Virus genome (UHGV): UHGV-2031204
DNA from: a virus
Length of the DNA: 64,000 nucleotides
Direction: 5' to 3' (one strand)
Shown here: positions 19,299 through 31,000 of the stretch, piece after piece
Position numbering within the stretch: position 1 is the stretch's first letter
How the letters are laid out: every line of letters starts with the position of its first letter
Position numbers and translations under genes: made by a program
The notes under the pieces: model-generated
Databases searched by the model: none
The model's input: the letters and a program-made list of their open reading frames with translations, nothing else
What the model was told of the DNA's origin: nothing

Positions 19299-20329
19299 AA
19301 CAGTATTTAGCGTTAATGCAAGACATTCTGGATAACGGTGTTGTCAAGAAAGACCGCACAGGTGTAGGGACACTATCTGTATTTGGTCGTCAACTACGTT
19401 TTGATCTGAAAGAAGGTTTCCCATTAGTTACTACGAAGAAGGTTCACCTGAAAAGTATCATTCATGAACTGTTGTGGTTCTTAAACGGTGACACTAACGT
19501 GAAGTACCTGCAAGAGAACGGGGTAAAAATCTGGAACGAATGGAGTGATGAAGAGGGGAACTTAGGGCCAGTTTATGGTAAACAATGGCGCGAATGGCGC
19601 GACTGTAAAGTTGTGGAGTGTCATGACGTAAGACGTACACAACAACTAATGCAACGGGGTTACAAGTATATTGGGAATATGAAGGAAGATGGTACGACGT
19701 ATTTGGTTTATGAAAAACCACATGACCAGATCAGCAAAGTTATCCAACAACTTCGTGAAGACCCTGACTCCCGCCGTATTATCGTTAGCGCCTGGAATGT
19801 AGGTGACCTGGACGATATGGCACTTAATCCATGCCACAACTATTTCCAATTCTACACAACAGAAATGACGTTGCTTGAACGACTGGATTGGTACGAAGCA
19901 AATGAACCGGAAAAATTTGCGAACGCGCCACTTATTAATCACGAAGATATTGATGATGAAGAACGACTTCATGAAACTTTAGATCGTGAAGGTATCCCTC
20001 GTCGTAAGCTTTCATGTTTTTACATGATGCGCAGCAACGATGTCGCATTAGGAAAACCGTTCAACATCGCGTCATACGCTCTGTTAACTCATATAGTTGC
20101 CCAACAAGTGAATATGGTTCCCGATGAGTTAGTTTATAGTGGGGTCGATGTGCATTTATATCTGAACCACATCGATCAAATAAAACTCCAGTTGACTCGT
20201 GAGCCGTACCCGTTACCTAAATTGGTTATTAAACGTAAACCCGAATCTATCTTCGACTACAAATACGAGGACTTTGAAGTAGTCGGTTACCAATCACACC
20301 CACACATCGCCATGCCTGTCGCGGTGTAA
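19295..20329 (+). CDS. thyA: thymidylate synthase homologue (ThyA family) with two insertions
   Basis: Near-identity to E. coli ThyA blocks: [80 protein letters not shown]. Confidence 0.85.
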   Translation: MKQYLALMQDILDNGVVKKDRTGVGTLSVFGRQLRFDLKEGFPLVTTKKVHLKSIIHELLWFLNGDTNVKYLQENGVKIWNEWSDEEGNLGPVYGKQWREWRDCKVVECHDVRRTQQLMQRGYKYIGNMKEDGTTYLVYEKPHDQISKVIQQLREDPDSRRIIVSAWNVGDLDDMALNPCHNYFQFYTTEMTLLERLDWYEANEPEKFANAPLINHEDIDDEERLHETLDREGIPRRKLSCFYMMRSNDVALGKPFNIASYALLTHIVAQQVNMVPDELVYSGVDVHLYLNHIDQIKLQLTREPYPLPKLVIKRKPESIFDYKYEDFEVVGYQSHPHIAMPVAV

Positions 20330-20358
20330 ACTACCACTTAACTAAAAGGAATGATGAA

Positions 20359-20805
20359 ATGTCTAAAACTCATGTTAACTATAACATCGTAGTAGAAGAA
20401 TTATCAAAAGGTTTAACTGATCTGGATTCTAAAGATAATCCGTTTACCGATCGTTATGGAGCCAAAGCTTTATCTGAGTTCCGTACTATCCGCTACGGTA
20501 CAGGCAGACAGACAGGACTTACAGACTTTGCTGTCGAGTTAGCTAAGAACCATAAAGGGAAGGTATTATTCGTTAATCCAAAAGGGTTCTTAGAAGACGA
20601 TGTGCTGTTCCGTTTGGGTCTCGAAGACTTGCCGGAGAATATCACGCAAATCATCGGTTACCAAATGGGTACAGAAAAAGAAAAATACAGCCTTGTTATT
20701 GTAGATAACGCTGGGGTTTTCTTTAGCATTTTCCGTTACATGAAGTTCTTTCGCTTACTGGCAAACTCAGTAACTAAAGACGTTGTAATCCATTTAATGG
20801 GTTAA
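20359..20805 (+). CDS. hypothetical protein
   Basis: AAAGGAATG context. Confidence 0.5.
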   Translation: MSKTHVNYNIVVEELSKGLTDLDSKDNPFTDRYGAKALSEFRTIRYGTGRQTGLTDFAVELAKNHKGKVLFVNPKGFLEDDVLFRLGLEDLPENITQIIGYQMGTEKEKYSLVIVDNAGVFFSIFRYMKFFRLLANSVTKDVVIHLMG

Positions 20806-20975
20806 TTAATGATGTGGGAATTCTTTATGACGAATGATGTCATTAAAGTTACTATAAAGTATATCAATCTGAATAAGAGAATCCGTTGCAAAGTAAATCG
20901 TAAAGCTATCGCTAGTCGCTGGCGTAAAGGACCACACAAGGGTCGTAAACGCTTTCTGGCTTTTGGGGATGTCTG

Positions 20976-21338
20976 ATGAAAAAACCACGATTTCACAGCC
21001 TGAGATTCTTTACAGGTGCTCTATATTTTGTTGGCTACAACCGTGTACGTAAGGGTCCTGGTAAATCGAAGATGCGCATCGTGCGATATAAAGAAACGCC
21101 ACCAGGTCTAGCACCGATGGCGAAACTTCTGTCGCCGTTCGCTAACCTTAAAATCAAAACTGTTAACCCCTTTGTAAGAAATTTGGGAACTAAAATGTCT
21201 GAAGAAGTTAAAGTAGAAACCGTTAAAGAAACTGATGAATTTGCAATCCCTGGGTTAGACCCGGAAGCTACCGTAGAGAAGGGTGCTGACCCAACTACGG
21301 AAGACGATAACTGCTCAGGCGGGGCTTGCAAAATTTAA
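20976..21338 (+). CDS. hypothetical protein
   Basis: 120-aa ORF followed by terminator. Confidence 0.45.
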   Translation: MKKPRFHSLRFFTGALYFVGYNRVRKGPGKSKMRIVRYKETPPGLAPMAKLLSPFANLKIKTVNPFVRNLGTKMSEEVKVETVKETDEFAIPGLDPEATVEKGADPTTEDDNCSGGACKI

Positions 21339-21347
21339 CAGTTCCTG

Positions 21348-21385
21348 GGGTGCTTATGTAGCACCCCTAATCCTTATTCTTTTTG
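21348..21385 (+). terminator. rho-independent terminator
   Basis: GGGGTGCT/AGCACCCC stem, T-rich tail. Confidence 0.65.
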
Positions 21386-21407
21386 TTTAATCTAATGGAG
21401 TTTTAAA

Positions 21408-22238
21408 ATGGGCGAACGTTTTGACATCAACACTATTTACAACATCGTAGTTAATCCTGGTCAGCACCTGGAAGAAGTTAACGCACAACTGCGCGCTCTG
21501 AATGAGAATGCAGTACAGTTCGATGCTATTTACACAATTGGTGTAAACCCTGGCACCAACCGTATTCGTGTAGAAGGTAAACGTCACACCGGTAATCAAG
21601 AACTGGACATCGAAACAATTGTAGCGCCTATTAAGCTTACCGATGCTGTTTACAACGGCACGGTAATGCATACAGAATCTGTTCCGGTCTACTCTATTGA
21701 AAACTGTGTAGAACGTGTTAAAGGTTGGTCTAAAGAACGTGGTATTCTCGACAACGGTAAACTGGAAACTCAAATCACAAAGTTCTATGAAGAATTTGGT
21801 GAGATTGCAACAGGTATCAGCAAAAACAAACCTGAACTGATCATGGACGGCATCGGCGATGCGTTGGTGGTTCTGGTAAACATCCTGGAACTGGATAAGG
21901 ACAGAGTGACTGGCGGAATGACAACCGCTGAAGTCATCGAACGCGGTTTACAATTGCAGGTAGATGATGTCGCTGACGTTGAAGAACGTTTAAACGATAC
22001 CAAATATCCACACCAGTTGTATTTAGAGGCTACCGAAATCTTCGCTACTGCGTTCTTACGTACTGAACTGGGTACTGTTACGTTAGGTTGGGCTTTACAT
22101 CGTCTTGCGCGACTCGCTCTCTATTATCGTCTTAACATTCGTCATTGTTTCTCTTTGGCCTGGCACGAAATCAAAGACCGTAAAGGTTATCTGAACGCCG
22201 ACGGTATCTTTGTAAAAGAAGCAGACCTGGCGAAATAA
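21408..22238 (+). CDS. MazG-like nucleotide pyrophosphohydrolase domain protein
   Basis: KFYEEFGEIATG...DGIGDALVVLVNILEL, an EExxE/D-rich helical pattern typical of MazG-type NTP-PPases. Confidence 0.5.
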   Translation: MGERFDINTIYNIVVNPGQHLEEVNAQLRALNENAVQFDAIYTIGVNPGTNRIRVEGKRHTGNQELDIETIVAPIKLTDAVYNGTVMHTESVPVYSIENCVERVKGWSKERGILDNGKLETQITKFYEEFGEIATGISKNKPELIMDGIGDALVVLVNILELDKDRVTGGMTTAEVIERGLQLQVDDVADVEERLNDTKYPHQLYLEATEIFATAFLRTELGTVTLGWALHRLARLALYYRLNIRHCFSLAWHEIKDRKGYLNADGIFVKEADLAK

Positions 22239-22246
22239 ATAAAAGT

Positions 22247-22292
22247 ACCTACCTCCTTTCGGAGGTAGGTTAACTTTCTTATTTTTTTTCTT
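22247..22292. terminator. bidirectional terminator
   Basis: ACCTACCTCC/GGAGGTAGGT 10-bp stem, TTTC loop, T-runs on both strands. Confidence 0.75.
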
Positions 22293-22295
22293 TTT

Positions 22296-22859
22296 TTAAG
22301 CGCCTGGAACAATCCCAGAAGAGATATACGTCAAACCGTCAAGTTCAGTGACTTTAATCAACTTCGAAATATCCTTACCGTCGGACGGCAGCTCTGTTAA
22401 GTACACCTCCAGCCGTCCTGTCCACGCCAAAGATGTCCCATTCATGGTAATGATGGTTTTATCTTTGCTGTCTGGTGCAGCTGTTGGGTTCTCAACTTCG
22501 TCGTCAGTAATCTGTAAATTGTACTTATTGCGGAAAAGCTGTAGTACCTCAGATACCGTAGCCGCATTAACACCCGCAACAGAAACTACAAAGTCACCTA
22601 AGAGGTGCTCTAAATCCAAACGACGATAAATAACGTCAATTTTACCAAACGTTTTCTGTTCAATAATTCCCTGGACGCTAAGTTGGGTATTTAATCGCGT
22701 AAATTGAGTTTCTGGTGTTTCTACCGCAGGAATATGTGACGGTGTACCAAAATTCAACTTATCGATTGTAATACCTTTCTCTACCAAACCAGGATTCTTT
22801 TTTACTAATAACTCATAAACCAGTTGTTTTCCTGATTTACCTAATAGCGTATTAGCCAT
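22296..22859 (-). CDS. hypothetical protein, probable virion module
   Basis: Last gene of the minus-strand block ending at the bidirectional terminator. Confidence 0.5.
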   Translation of the reverse strand: MANTLLGKSGKQLVYELLVKKNPGLVEKGITIDKLNFGTPSHIPAVETPETQFTRLNTQLSVQGIIEQKTFGKIDVIYRRLDLEHLLGDFVVSVAGVNAATVSEVLQLFRNKYNLQITDDEVENPTAAPDSKDKTIITMNGTSLAWTGRLEVYLTELPSDGKDISKLIKVTELDGLTYISSGIVPGA

Positions 22860-22875
22860 TATTTCCTCTCAAACA

Positions 22876-25047
22876 TTAACGTGCTTGCGGCAAGAAGATG
22901 TTCGCGATCTGGCGTGCTGGGATAACATCCAGTGCAGAGTTAATAAAACTACCCTGTGACCACGCGGATGCCCAGTTTTGTGCCCAGATGCTCGCATTAA
23001 TCTTGGCACGCGCAATGCCGTTAGTACGCTCGTACAACGTAGCACCACCTAAACACGCCATAAATTCACTAAATTTATTATCGTCATCCCACACACCTGT
23101 GTCGGTAACAATGGGCATGTACATAACGCGAGTCAAATCACGAATAGTAACAGAGATATCGCAAGACAGCGGAACGGAATCACCTGGCCGCCAACCTAAA
23201 CCACCCACACCGAATTGCAATGACATTGACGTCACCATCGCATTACGGAAAGAAAAGCGTCCTTGTGAGTAACACTCTAAATAGAACGGGTGAGTAAAAG
23301 ATTGTTTACCTGTAGCCAGCGGACAAACCGCAGCGATCCAGAATGACAGTGGAACGAGCAAGTCTTGGAAGATATCCAAATCGTTGCCAGACCAACAGCG
23401 TAACGGTATCGTTAACGTAATGTCATCACCCGACGCATCCGAACTGTCCCACACTTCTGGAAAGTCAATTACCGAAGAATTGTACAACGACATGATCCCT
23501 GTCAAATGTAAGGTGTCGGCAACGCCACGCATCGCGGACTTAATCCCGGAAACTAAAGCATCTACAGCGCTGAAACCCGTTTGACCACCGGATAAGTTGA
23601 CTTCTAACGAACGTGCTTTCGCGGTTAACGAGTTAACGGTACCAGAAATCTCTGGCTCTTTAGTAGAGTTAGAGAACGAACGAGAAACCGTGTCTTTAGC
23701 ATCGATACGCCACGATACCCATTGTGAACCATTACGGATTTCAGAAAGCGCATTTTCCTTAATACCGTCGATATAGTTTTTACCCATTTCGACGAAATCT
23801 TTAAAGAAACTACCTACATTTTCTTTAGAACCCGCATCTGCCCATTCTTGTATCTTAGCTATATCAGGGACATCCTCACCACCGATTTCGCTTTCAGCTT
23901 TTTCCGCAGCAGCCATGTTTGCTGCCATTGATTCTCGAAGTTTCTTTGTGTTCGCATCAATTTCATCTGCGGTACCGCCAGCGGTTAGTGTGCCAGTGAT
24001 CCCTTCAACCAACTTAGACTCTTGATCGTTAATATTTTCAAAAGGCGCTTTATAAGCGTTGTCTTTTTGAGCAACCGTTTCTAAGTCATGCAACGAAACT
24101 TCGAAACTACCCGCATCATTAATAACGCGTTTGGAGTACATCCCTTCGTTATAAAACGCACGTAGTTTTCTTGCAAATGCTTCTTCATCTCCACCGCTTT
24201 CAACACGCATTTGCTCTATGGCTTTGGTCTGATAATCCGCTAACGTTTGATAGCGGTTTATCATTCGATAAACGTCAAACTCCCCGTTATCTTTCCAGAT
24301 AGTAGGCAACGAAGCATACCAGTCTTGTTTATCATTGCTGTATGAATTTGTGCCATCGTCGGTATTTTCTTGTAGTTTGAAATTACCGAGCACGCCTGTG
24401 GGAACCAAACGACGATAAATAAGTTGCGTATTCAAGATGTTCTGTACAGCACGCAAATACAAATGCATCGTTGGCTTGACGTAATAGTAACGCGATGTTT
24501 GTTTGTTCAACACCGCTTTTAGAATTCGTGGTGTAATAAGAATAACCGCAAAGGCAACGGTACCTACAGTGGCCCATATTGCTGCTGCACCTAAATACGA
24601 AACCATCGTTCTCATCATACCTGGATAGTCACCAGTACGAGCCAAGTACGCTAGGTTGGAGTCGTACATGTTCGCAAAGAATGCGGCCATACCCAGATAT
24701 TTCGGTTTACCGAACCGACAGTGAACATAAAACGAATTCTGATTAATACTTTCGTAGAAATAAGTACCGAGTTTATACGAACCTGTTTCTCGGTTATTAG
24801 AGAATGTTTTGGTTTCGGCTCTCGGGTTGTCGGGTTGTGCAAATGCGCCAGTCGATGGCGGATCTGCAAACCATGTAAATTGGGGTGGTGTGTTAATCGC
24901 TTTACTGCCACCTAACGTGGTGTCCTCGAACGATAACATACCGTTGGAGTAGCGTCGCAAGGCCAGGAAACGTTCATCTCGGCCATCCAACACGCCGTTA
25001 AAGAGGCTTTTGACCCAGCTTGAGTCGTTAGCTGTTCTAGCGTCCAC
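22876..25047 (-). CDS. hypothetical membrane-associated protein, probable virion module (GTG start)
   Basis: 723-aa ORF with hydrophobic segment SYLGAAAIWATVGTVAFAVILI; GAGG RBS. Confidence 0.55.
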   Translation of the reverse strand: MDARTANDSSWVKSLFNGVLDGRDERFLALRRYSNGMLSFEDTTLGGSKAINTPPQFTWFADPPSTGAFAQPDNPRAETKTFSNNRETGSYKLGTYFYESINQNSFYVHCRFGKPKYLGMAAFFANMYDSNLAYLARTGDYPGMMRTMVSYLGAAAIWATVGTVAFAVILITPRILKAVLNKQTSRYYYVKPTMHLYLRAVQNILNTQLIYRRLVPTGVLGNFKLQENTDDGTNSYSNDKQDWYASLPTIWKDNGEFDVYRMINRYQTLADYQTKAIEQMRVESGGDEEAFARKLRAFYNEGMYSKRVINDAGSFEVSLHDLETVAQKDNAYKAPFENINDQESKLVEGITGTLTAGGTADEIDANTKKLRESMAANMAAAEKAESEIGGEDVPDIAKIQEWADAGSKENVGSFFKDFVEMGKNYIDGIKENALSEIRNGSQWVSWRIDAKDTVSRSFSNSTKEPEISGTVNSLTAKARSLEVNLSGGQTGFSAVDALVSGIKSAMRGVADTLHLTGIMSLYNSSVIDFPEVWDSSDASGDDITLTIPLRCWSGNDLDIFQDLLVPLSFWIAAVCPLATGKQSFTHPFYLECYSQGRFSFRNAMVTSMSLQFGVGGLGWRPGDSVPLSCDISVTIRDLTRVMYMPIVTDTGVWDDDNKFSEFMACLGGATLYERTNGIARAKINASIWAQNWASAWSQGSFINSALDVIPARQIANIFLPQAR

Positions 25048-25057
25048 TTTATACCTC

Positions 25058-25087
25058 TAAAAAAGTAGGGGGTAGGTAACTACCCCC
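25058..25087 (-). terminator. intergenic terminator or attenuator on minus strand
   Basis: GGGGGTAG/CTACCCCC stem followed on the minus strand by TTTTTT, then RBS and GTG 25047. Confidence 0.5.
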
Positions 25088-25095
25088 GATTACTG

Positions 25096-28000
25096 TTACG
25101 CCCGTTTACGACCAACGTCGAGTTGGCGGGCAGGTTGTTCAACCGCGATGTTACGTGATGCTGATCCCGGAGCAGAAGCTGCCGAGGTCGCTGGGGATGG
25201 CTGCATAGCCTGTGGTCTCTGACGAAGAATTGTTACAATCTCTCTCAGATAGCCCGCAGACTCTTTTGCAACCGCCAGCTGCTGTACGCTGATCGGATCA
25301 CCACTGTTCACTGTTGGTGTAGTCTGTGCATCAGACGTTACCGTTGGTGCAGGACGTGCGGATTTCTCCATTTGCTGTCTAGCACCTTCTTTTACTTTGG
25401 CAACTTCCTCTTCGCCCAGACCGTCAGCACGCGCATTTTGACCCACCGTTTCAACAACGACAGACGCATCACTTGGCGTGACGTCACCGCCAGGGCTCGG
25501 CACAGCCGGACCACCACCCGTTGCAGCTTTAATATCTTCAGCGCCCATCGCACCTTTGTCTGCTAAAGCGGAGTCACGATTCGCCTCGTTCGCGGCTGGC
25601 AGGTTATCTGCCGGACCAGCAATAGACGGATCGTTAGCTGCGCCAGCAGCAATTGCAGGAGACGATGGAACTGGTGATAACCCTTTCGTCATGTTTTTCG
25701 CAGACGCAGGATTTGCTGCAATCTCGTTGGTTCCAACCGCACCCATACGGCGGTTCAGTTCCTCGACAACCTCACCGATCGTACGCATCCTAACGCGTTT
25801 CTTCCCGTTCATGATATAGAAAACACCTTCATTACCGTTAAGAACGGCAGGTGTGATGTACTTCACTTTGTCGGGCGACCCGTTAGGATTGGTTTTCCAG
25901 GCTTTAAGGAACTCAGCACCACCACCTGGACCTAAGAAGTGGTACAGGTACGCTACTGCCGGAGGTGGGGCAATTCCACCCAGATCCTTTTGTGCGGTCT
26001 TGATGTTGTCTCTAATGAAGTTAACACCTAAGATTGCGTTAGCCCACGGGTCGAACTGGTCGGTTTGTGGAATACCGTATCTTCGGGCGTACTGCTTCAT
26101 AACCCCATTCCAAGTGCCATTGGTAAATTGGAACAGGCCAGCGGCAGACATCTTATTACTTCTCGGTCTACCAGAGGATGCGCCAGGATAGTTGCCATAC
26201 TGTAAGCCAGATTCTGCTTGTGCCATTGCAATCGCAACAGATGGTGGAACACCCACCATGTTTGCCGCGTCAATAATCAATGACTTGATGGCTTCAGTAT
26301 TTGACTGCATCGGTTTACCGAGCATTTCCCTTGGGTATTTAGTCACTAAGGATTTGTAATCGCCGTCTTGTAACTCACCGAGGGTGATACCAGATTGTCC
26401 AGTGGAATACTTCGCATAGTTCCCTATACCCATATCGCCAACAACTTGTGATAAGTCACCTGGCGTTCCGTAGGACTGACCACCTTTCGGTAAGTATCCG
26501 TCGTTTGAAGCTTCGCCGTAGCTGTTAATTCCCTTATAACGCTCTTTGCTATCTTCATTCGTCTGATGGACACTGGAGTTTGTCGCTGGTGATTTCCATG
26601 TCATACGCTTAGGCGTGCTCGGTGTTTCTTTGAGCATGTTCCTTACAGCCAGATCGGGTTCTTTAGACAACTCTTTCAACGTTGCTAATTCTTCCCTCAC
26701 TGAACCTGCATCGGTATTCGCATCGCCTCCTAACGGGTTAAATGCGATTTCCCACACAGACTGACGGATACCCCCTTTCATGTTGTAAGCACCACGCATC
26801 ATCAGTGCCAGCTCATAGAGGAAACCCCCTGTGAGTTTCAAATCCAACGGATCGGCATGAGGTACGTAGCGTTTTACACCATAAACGTAGGTCATGAATA
26901 CAGGTAAGAAACGATTATAGAACCAGTTCTTGTAACGCTCCTCTTTTGGACCGCCAATTGCATCAGGCGCAATCGCAGAAATTGCTTTCTTCCAATCGCC
27001 CTTATAAATGCAATTTTTGATATCCGTGTCTTTCAACACTTCTTTCTCAAGCAATCTAAAGAGGGTACGTGTTGTCTCATTGACAGATTTCACACCGTAA
27101 GATTTCCAACGGACGGATTCCATCGCGTCCAAATCTTTCTTCTCAGGTAATGCTCTCCAGTCAACTTGAATTTGAACCTGTTCAGTACCGTCTTCCCAAC
27201 CCTCAGCTTTAGCAACAGTTTCGTTACGCTCGGTATCGTTCTTCGCGAGTACCTGCGAAGATTCTGCCACAGAAGCAACCTTATGCCCTTCAGGCACAGC
27301 ACCGGCTCCAGTTGTTTCCTTACGCTTATCATCACGACGCATGTTGATCGAACGGAAAACGCGATCTTGCGCCTCAACAACTTCTTCGCCTGACAAAAAT
27401 TCTGCCGGTGTGAAGGTCACGAAATCCCACGCTTTAGAGAACCAACCTTGGTTAACTTTACGGGGATCTGTCAGCGATTTAAAAGCAGGTGCATCTTTTG
27501 TCATCTTCATTTTGTTAAAGATGGTCAGCATGTCTGCTTTTGATACCTTCGACGGATTACCAACATCAGCTAACGCGATATCGTTATCCATTGAACGTAG
27601 CGCTGTAATCCAACGTAAATAGATCGGCACAAAACGTTGTAGCATAAACGCGGTAAACGCCAGCATTTCGCCTTTGTCTTCTACGTTAGTACCAAACCCT
27701 TCGGCCAGTTTCTTCACGTCGTCACCGGACAAACCACGCAACTGTGCTTGACCATTCTCTGTATAAGAGATGTACGGTTTCAAGTTGTCTTCTAAATAAC
27801 GCGCTTTTGCGCCGTCGTCGGAAGACCATTCATCATGATCTCTAAATCCGTACTGCGCCAATCGCATGTTATCCAGATACTGGGCATTTTCACGGGTTGC
27901 AGTTTTATACGCAAACCAAGACAGCGCAGCGCCTGCAGCGACCAAGCCAATAATCGGCCAGCCAACCGCAGTTACCACTGCAGAAGCCGCTGTTGCAACA

Positions 28001-31000
28001 GCACTCACCGCAGGGACAGCCAAACGGGTCACAGCAAACTTACCAACGTTCCACAACGCTTTGCCTGCAAACCCAACCGGCTTAAAGATTCCCCATTTTG
28101 CGACTTTACCTAAGATTGAACCCACTGTGCCTAAAATACTCACAATTGGTCCTACCAACGGCAGTCCTTTAAGGAAATCCATTACCCCACGTTTACCGCC
28201 TTTCTTCTCAGCCTCTTTCTTAGCCTTTTCCTCTTCCTTAGAACGACGACGGCGTCGGAAGAACTGGAAGTAATCGCGTTTTTCATCACTGGCAGGCGGT
28301 TTATTGCGTTGGCCGAACTTACTGAACATGGTTCTTAACAAACCATCCGAAGCACCTGCTTTTTCTGCAGAATCACGCATGGTATTAAACCACGACATTT
28401 CCTGAAGATTAACCATTCGGTTCAGGCGTTCCAATAAAGCTGACCCAACGCTACGGGCTTTCTGCTTCCCTTTATTAATCACACGTCCAGCGCTATCCGT
28501 TACGGTGTCTAAGTCTTCTTTTGCCGCATCGACAATACGTGTTTTAGACACCTTACCTCTTGCGTAGATGTGCTGACGATAAAACTCAGCAACGTCGTCA
28601 TCGCGTCCTGCTAAACGACTCTCCATTCGATAACGTGTTCCAATATCGTAACGCGGATCACGGAAGGTATCGACCATATCGCTTGCACGGCCACGGAAAC
28701 GGTCAAACCAACCTCGTGCTGCACCTCCCCAACGAGAAAGATGACCACCTACCGCACTGCGGTAACGGGATATCCTGTCACGCATCCGACCACGCCAATC
28801 CCGGAACCCTTGAAAATGTTCACGGAACCCTTCGCGTATGTCCTTAGCACGCTGGAATAATCCTTTAACTGAACTGGCCCCCGTATTCCGCTCCATCTGT
28901 TCTGTCCAGGTGTCATCTTCAGCTTCACCTGGCAATCTCCGGTTAAGGAGTTTGTAGATACGGATTAAGATGTGGTTAGTTTTACGGCCGTTCGACCATG
29001 AAAACACACTAAACCCACCGCCAGAACCCCCTTCCTTACGGTTCTGCCACCAACGTGTCAACGGGTTATCAGAAGCCAACTCTTTGAGTTTCTCAAACCC
29101 GCGTTTTGCATTGTTCCACAGACGAGCTGGCATTCCCGTTACACGGGAAATCATGCTCTGTAAACGGGTTTTCTCTGCGCCCTCTGGAACCTCATTTAGC
29201 CACTCACGTGCTTTCTCGAACAGGGAAGCCGCTTTAGGTGAAATGAAACCCAGAAGTTTCTTCGGTAAGGTCACAGCTTTATTTACTGCCGTTCCTGCTT
29301 TCCCAGAAATATACTGGAATAGCGCTTGAACTTTACCGCCTTTGTAGAAGCGTAGTTTACCTGCGGCAGCCAAATCAGCAGCCGCTAAGATTAAATTACC
29401 CGCTTCGTCGACAATATCACGTCCCAGTTTAATATCGTCGAGAGTTTTAAGTTGAACCAGCTTCTCAGTTTTCGGGTCAGCCTGGTAATATTCCCCAGCT
29501 TCTAAACGGCTTCCTTGTAATACGACGTTGCCGCGTTCATCGTAAATATCACGAACGCCTAAAACGCCTTTACCGAAAGCTACGGCAGAATTCCAACCCG
29601 TCGATAAAGTACCTGTTACTAACCCTTTCAGTCGGCTAAATACACCAGGACCTTCAGAGGAACCGCCTGAGAATTTCCCACGAATAAAACCACCTAATGC
29701 TTGTAGGCGATCTTTCCCGCGCAGGAACAGATTCTTACCAAACCGCCCTACGCCTGAACCGGTATCCCAAAGCACCCCGGCCCAGCGACGTAACAAACCT
29801 GTCTCACCCAGTACAATACGTTTGCGTTTACGACGACGTTTACGACCCGAGTCACTCGAGCTTTCAGATTCGTCACCGCCATCGCGACTACCGCCTAAAC
29901 TGGCTAGGAGAATGCCTTCCTCATCCATGTTCTTAACGTGTTTGAGGATGTCTTGCACTGTACTAGATTCTGGCTGTTTGCGTACGGCATCAATCAAACG
30001 GTCGAATTGCTGCTCCAGCCCAGCGTTCGTATCTGGACGACTGCTTAAAAGTTCAACAAAGTTAGTGGATTTCTCTCCATAAAGTACCGCAGCGAGTTGA
30101 CGTGCGCTTAAACCACGACCGCGACCACCTTTTCCACCACCACGTACGTTGGACAGTTCTTTGTCTTCAAAGCTCGGCTCTGCACCTGCACCCATTCGAC
30201 GCAAGTAATCGCCCAACGCAGAACCGTTTTGCAACTTACGCTGAATCTCTTGCTCACGGGTTAACGAACGTCCAGAACGGGTCTTACCCATCGACAGGTC
30301 GTTAAATAGCGTATAGGGATCGTTAATGTCCTTATCGACTTCGAAGATATCGTTCTTCGCATCGTATTTAAAAATGCCGGAATCACGAAGTGCGTTCTCG
30401 CCGTAAATCACAGACGCAGCATCAACCGTGTCCTGACGTGCACGAATCGTTGACTGGATAGCGGCGATTTTGTTTGAAATCGCGTTGCTCAGTTCATGGT
30501 GCCCACCAACCAGTTCCGCAGAACGGGCTTCTAAAACACCCTGAATCGCTTCCACAGCGTTTGCGTTCATGTAGCGATACATGTGCATCGGGTCTTTCAA
30601 TAAAGACCCTACATCGAACGCTTTCCCTTCTGAGGCACGAGATTCGATGTAGTCCGCTAATGCTTGACGTGTTTTCCGATCGAGCGTTTTATCTTTATCG
30701 ATAAAGTCAACAGTATCGTTGATGTAAGTCTGTAAACGTTTACGCTGGTCGTCATTAGCAACGGCCTTACGTACACGGTTGCCAATAACTTTACGATCCA
30801 CCATACCGCGCGTGGTCAGGTCATAAACCTGATCGTGGTGTTCACCATATCCACGACGAATAGATTTGTTAATCTCGGACAGTAACGTCGGAATAACTTC
30901 GGTGATGCTAAGGTAAGCTTTACGATCGAATTTCGCTGCGGCAGAAAGAGATTCCGCAGAACGATCGTCTAATGCTAACGTTTCGCGACGTAGCGGGTTA

